The position numbers were made by a program, and so were the translations under genes. This document shows, piece by piece, positions 63,087 to 64,000 of a stretch of 64,000 bases of DNA. The DNA comes from Atribacterota bacterium (GTDB lineage: Bacteria > Atribacterota > Phoenicimicrobiia > Phoenicimicrobiales > Stramentimicrobiaceae): assembly GCA_040767965.1 (NCBI GenBank), contig JAXGNR010000004.1, positions 704,001 through 768,000 of the forward strand, given 5' to 3'. Position 1 is the stretch's first letter. The number at the start of each line of letters is the position of its first letter. The notes beneath the pieces were generated by a model. That model searched no databases, was not told where the DNA came from, and was given only the letters and a program-made list of their open reading frames with translations.

Positions 63087-64000
63087 TTAAGAAGTCATTC
63101 TCTCAACAACCTTATTAGCAAGGTCAAATCTATTTTCATTCACATATAAAGGAACACAGCATCCAGGGCCAAGTATTAACCTTTTGTCTTCAACTTGGTC
63201 AAAAGCATTATTAAAATGTTCCAATAATTCTTCTTCATTTGCTTCATTTAATATTTTATATTCATCAACTCCACCAATCAGAAGTTTGTCAGTTTTTTTT
63301 CTTCCCTCTTTTAATGATATGTCCACCAATCTATCATGCCAATTAAGCGCTTGTACCGGGTATTTTTCTAAAATATCAAACATTGGTGCATTTCCATGCA
63401 TATGAAGTATGTTAAACCAGGTATTATTTTTAAAAGCATTAATTATTTCTAAATCATAAGGTTTCCCAAATTTTTCGTATTCCTCAACGTTCATTTTATC
63501 ATAATTTGCCAATTGAGTAGCAAAAAACACCCCATCTATTCCAAATTTAATCAATTCTTTAACATAACTTACAGAAGTCTCTGTAATTACTTCTAACCCT
63601 CTTTTAAGATATTCGGGATTAGTTCTCATATGAATTAACATTTTATCATTACTCATTTTCATAGCATGTAATAATGAGTTAAACACAGTGATTACTACTG
63701 GCACCTCTCCTTTAAATCTATTTACCACTTCTTTTACTACTTCTAAAGAATCACCAATTGAATTTTGCTTTATTGGCAACACATTAATTTTTGTCCAGTC
63801 TTGTGCTGTTTTTATGGGATAGTCAGTTATTATTCCAACTTTTGAACAGGTATCAGGCCATTGACAATCTCTTTCTGGCCATTTTACTTGAGTCCCCCAG
63901 TCTTGGCTAAAATGCAGTCCATGATATGTAATCTTAACGAAATCCCAATTAAATCTTTCCTGGAATTGTATTATTTTTTTTATTAAGTTTTGTGGATTTT
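63087..64000 (-). CDS. Uroporphyrinogen decarboxylase-like (URO-D/CIMS superfamily) protein, 5' end outside window
   Basis: Frame stays open to the window edge (…FQERFNWDFVKI…DWG…YPIKTAQDW); GIDGVFFA, ILHMHG, LNWHD, ILGPGC. Confidence 0.8.
   Translation of the reverse strand, partial: NPQNLIKKIIQFQERFNWDFVKITYHGLHFSQDWGTQVKWPERDCQWPDTCSKVGIITDYPIKTAQDWTKINVLPIKQNSIGDSLEVVKEVVNRFKGEVPVVITVFNSLLHAMKMSNDKMLIHMRTNPEYLKRGLEVITETSVSYVKELIKFGIDGVFFATQLANYDKMNVEEYEKFGKPYDLEIINAFKNNTWFNILHMHGNAPMFDILEKYPVQALNWHDRLVDISLKEGRKKTDKLLIGGVDEYKILNEANEEELLEHFNNAFDQVEDKRLILGPGCCVPLYVNENRFDLANKVVERMTS

Noticed and set aside
2031-63405. Numerous 60-145 aa ORFs antisense to or nested in long genes
   Set aside because: Shadow ORFs of well-supported genes; no motifs, no SD, composition typical of antisense frames in AT-rich DNA
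1-64000. CRISPR array, transposase, integrase, prophage or alternative genetic code
   Set aside because: No repeat-spacer pattern or mobile-element genes seen; TGA acts as a normal stop for several genes (e.g. dnaE, manC), so no global recoding

Overview
Low-GC (roughly 30% by eye) bacterial chromosomal window, almost entirely minus-strand coding. Gene order is Firmicute-like (tmk-holB-ricT-trmN6-rsmI-metG; rho-rpmE-prfA-prmC-ywlE-rpiB-upp; uvrB-uvrA-uvrC; polA-coaE; pfk-dnaE) in an anaerobic fermenter. My tentative guess, unverified, is an Atribacterota/JS1-like lineage. About 1-49 kb is housekeeping, including a 6S RNA, an Asp-specifier T-box with a truncated Stem I, two pilT paralogs flanking a stand-alone MshEN protein, and tRNA-Leu(CAA). 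About 49-64 kb is accessory metabolism: an RNase HI/2-hydroxyacid dehydrogenase fusion, a lactonase-SDR-DhaK-DhaL operon, a GT2/BshB1-like/distant BshC-like trio, a heavily frameshifted GC-mosaic aldehyde:ferredoxin oxidoreductase gene, and a URO-D-like/amidase/GDPD cluster. Best novelty candidates: (1) an unannotated 24-codon transcription unit (61043-61117, minus) encoding a lipoprotein signal peptide followed by Cys-Gly-UGA-Ala with a SECIS-like hairpin, i.e. a possible selenocysteine lipo-tetrapeptide; (2) a bacillithiol-like pathway in which an inverting GT2 replaces BshA. No CRISPR, transposase or integrase was seen. Sequence quality around 58.6-60.7 kb looks poor (indels). All calls are by eye with no database searches.
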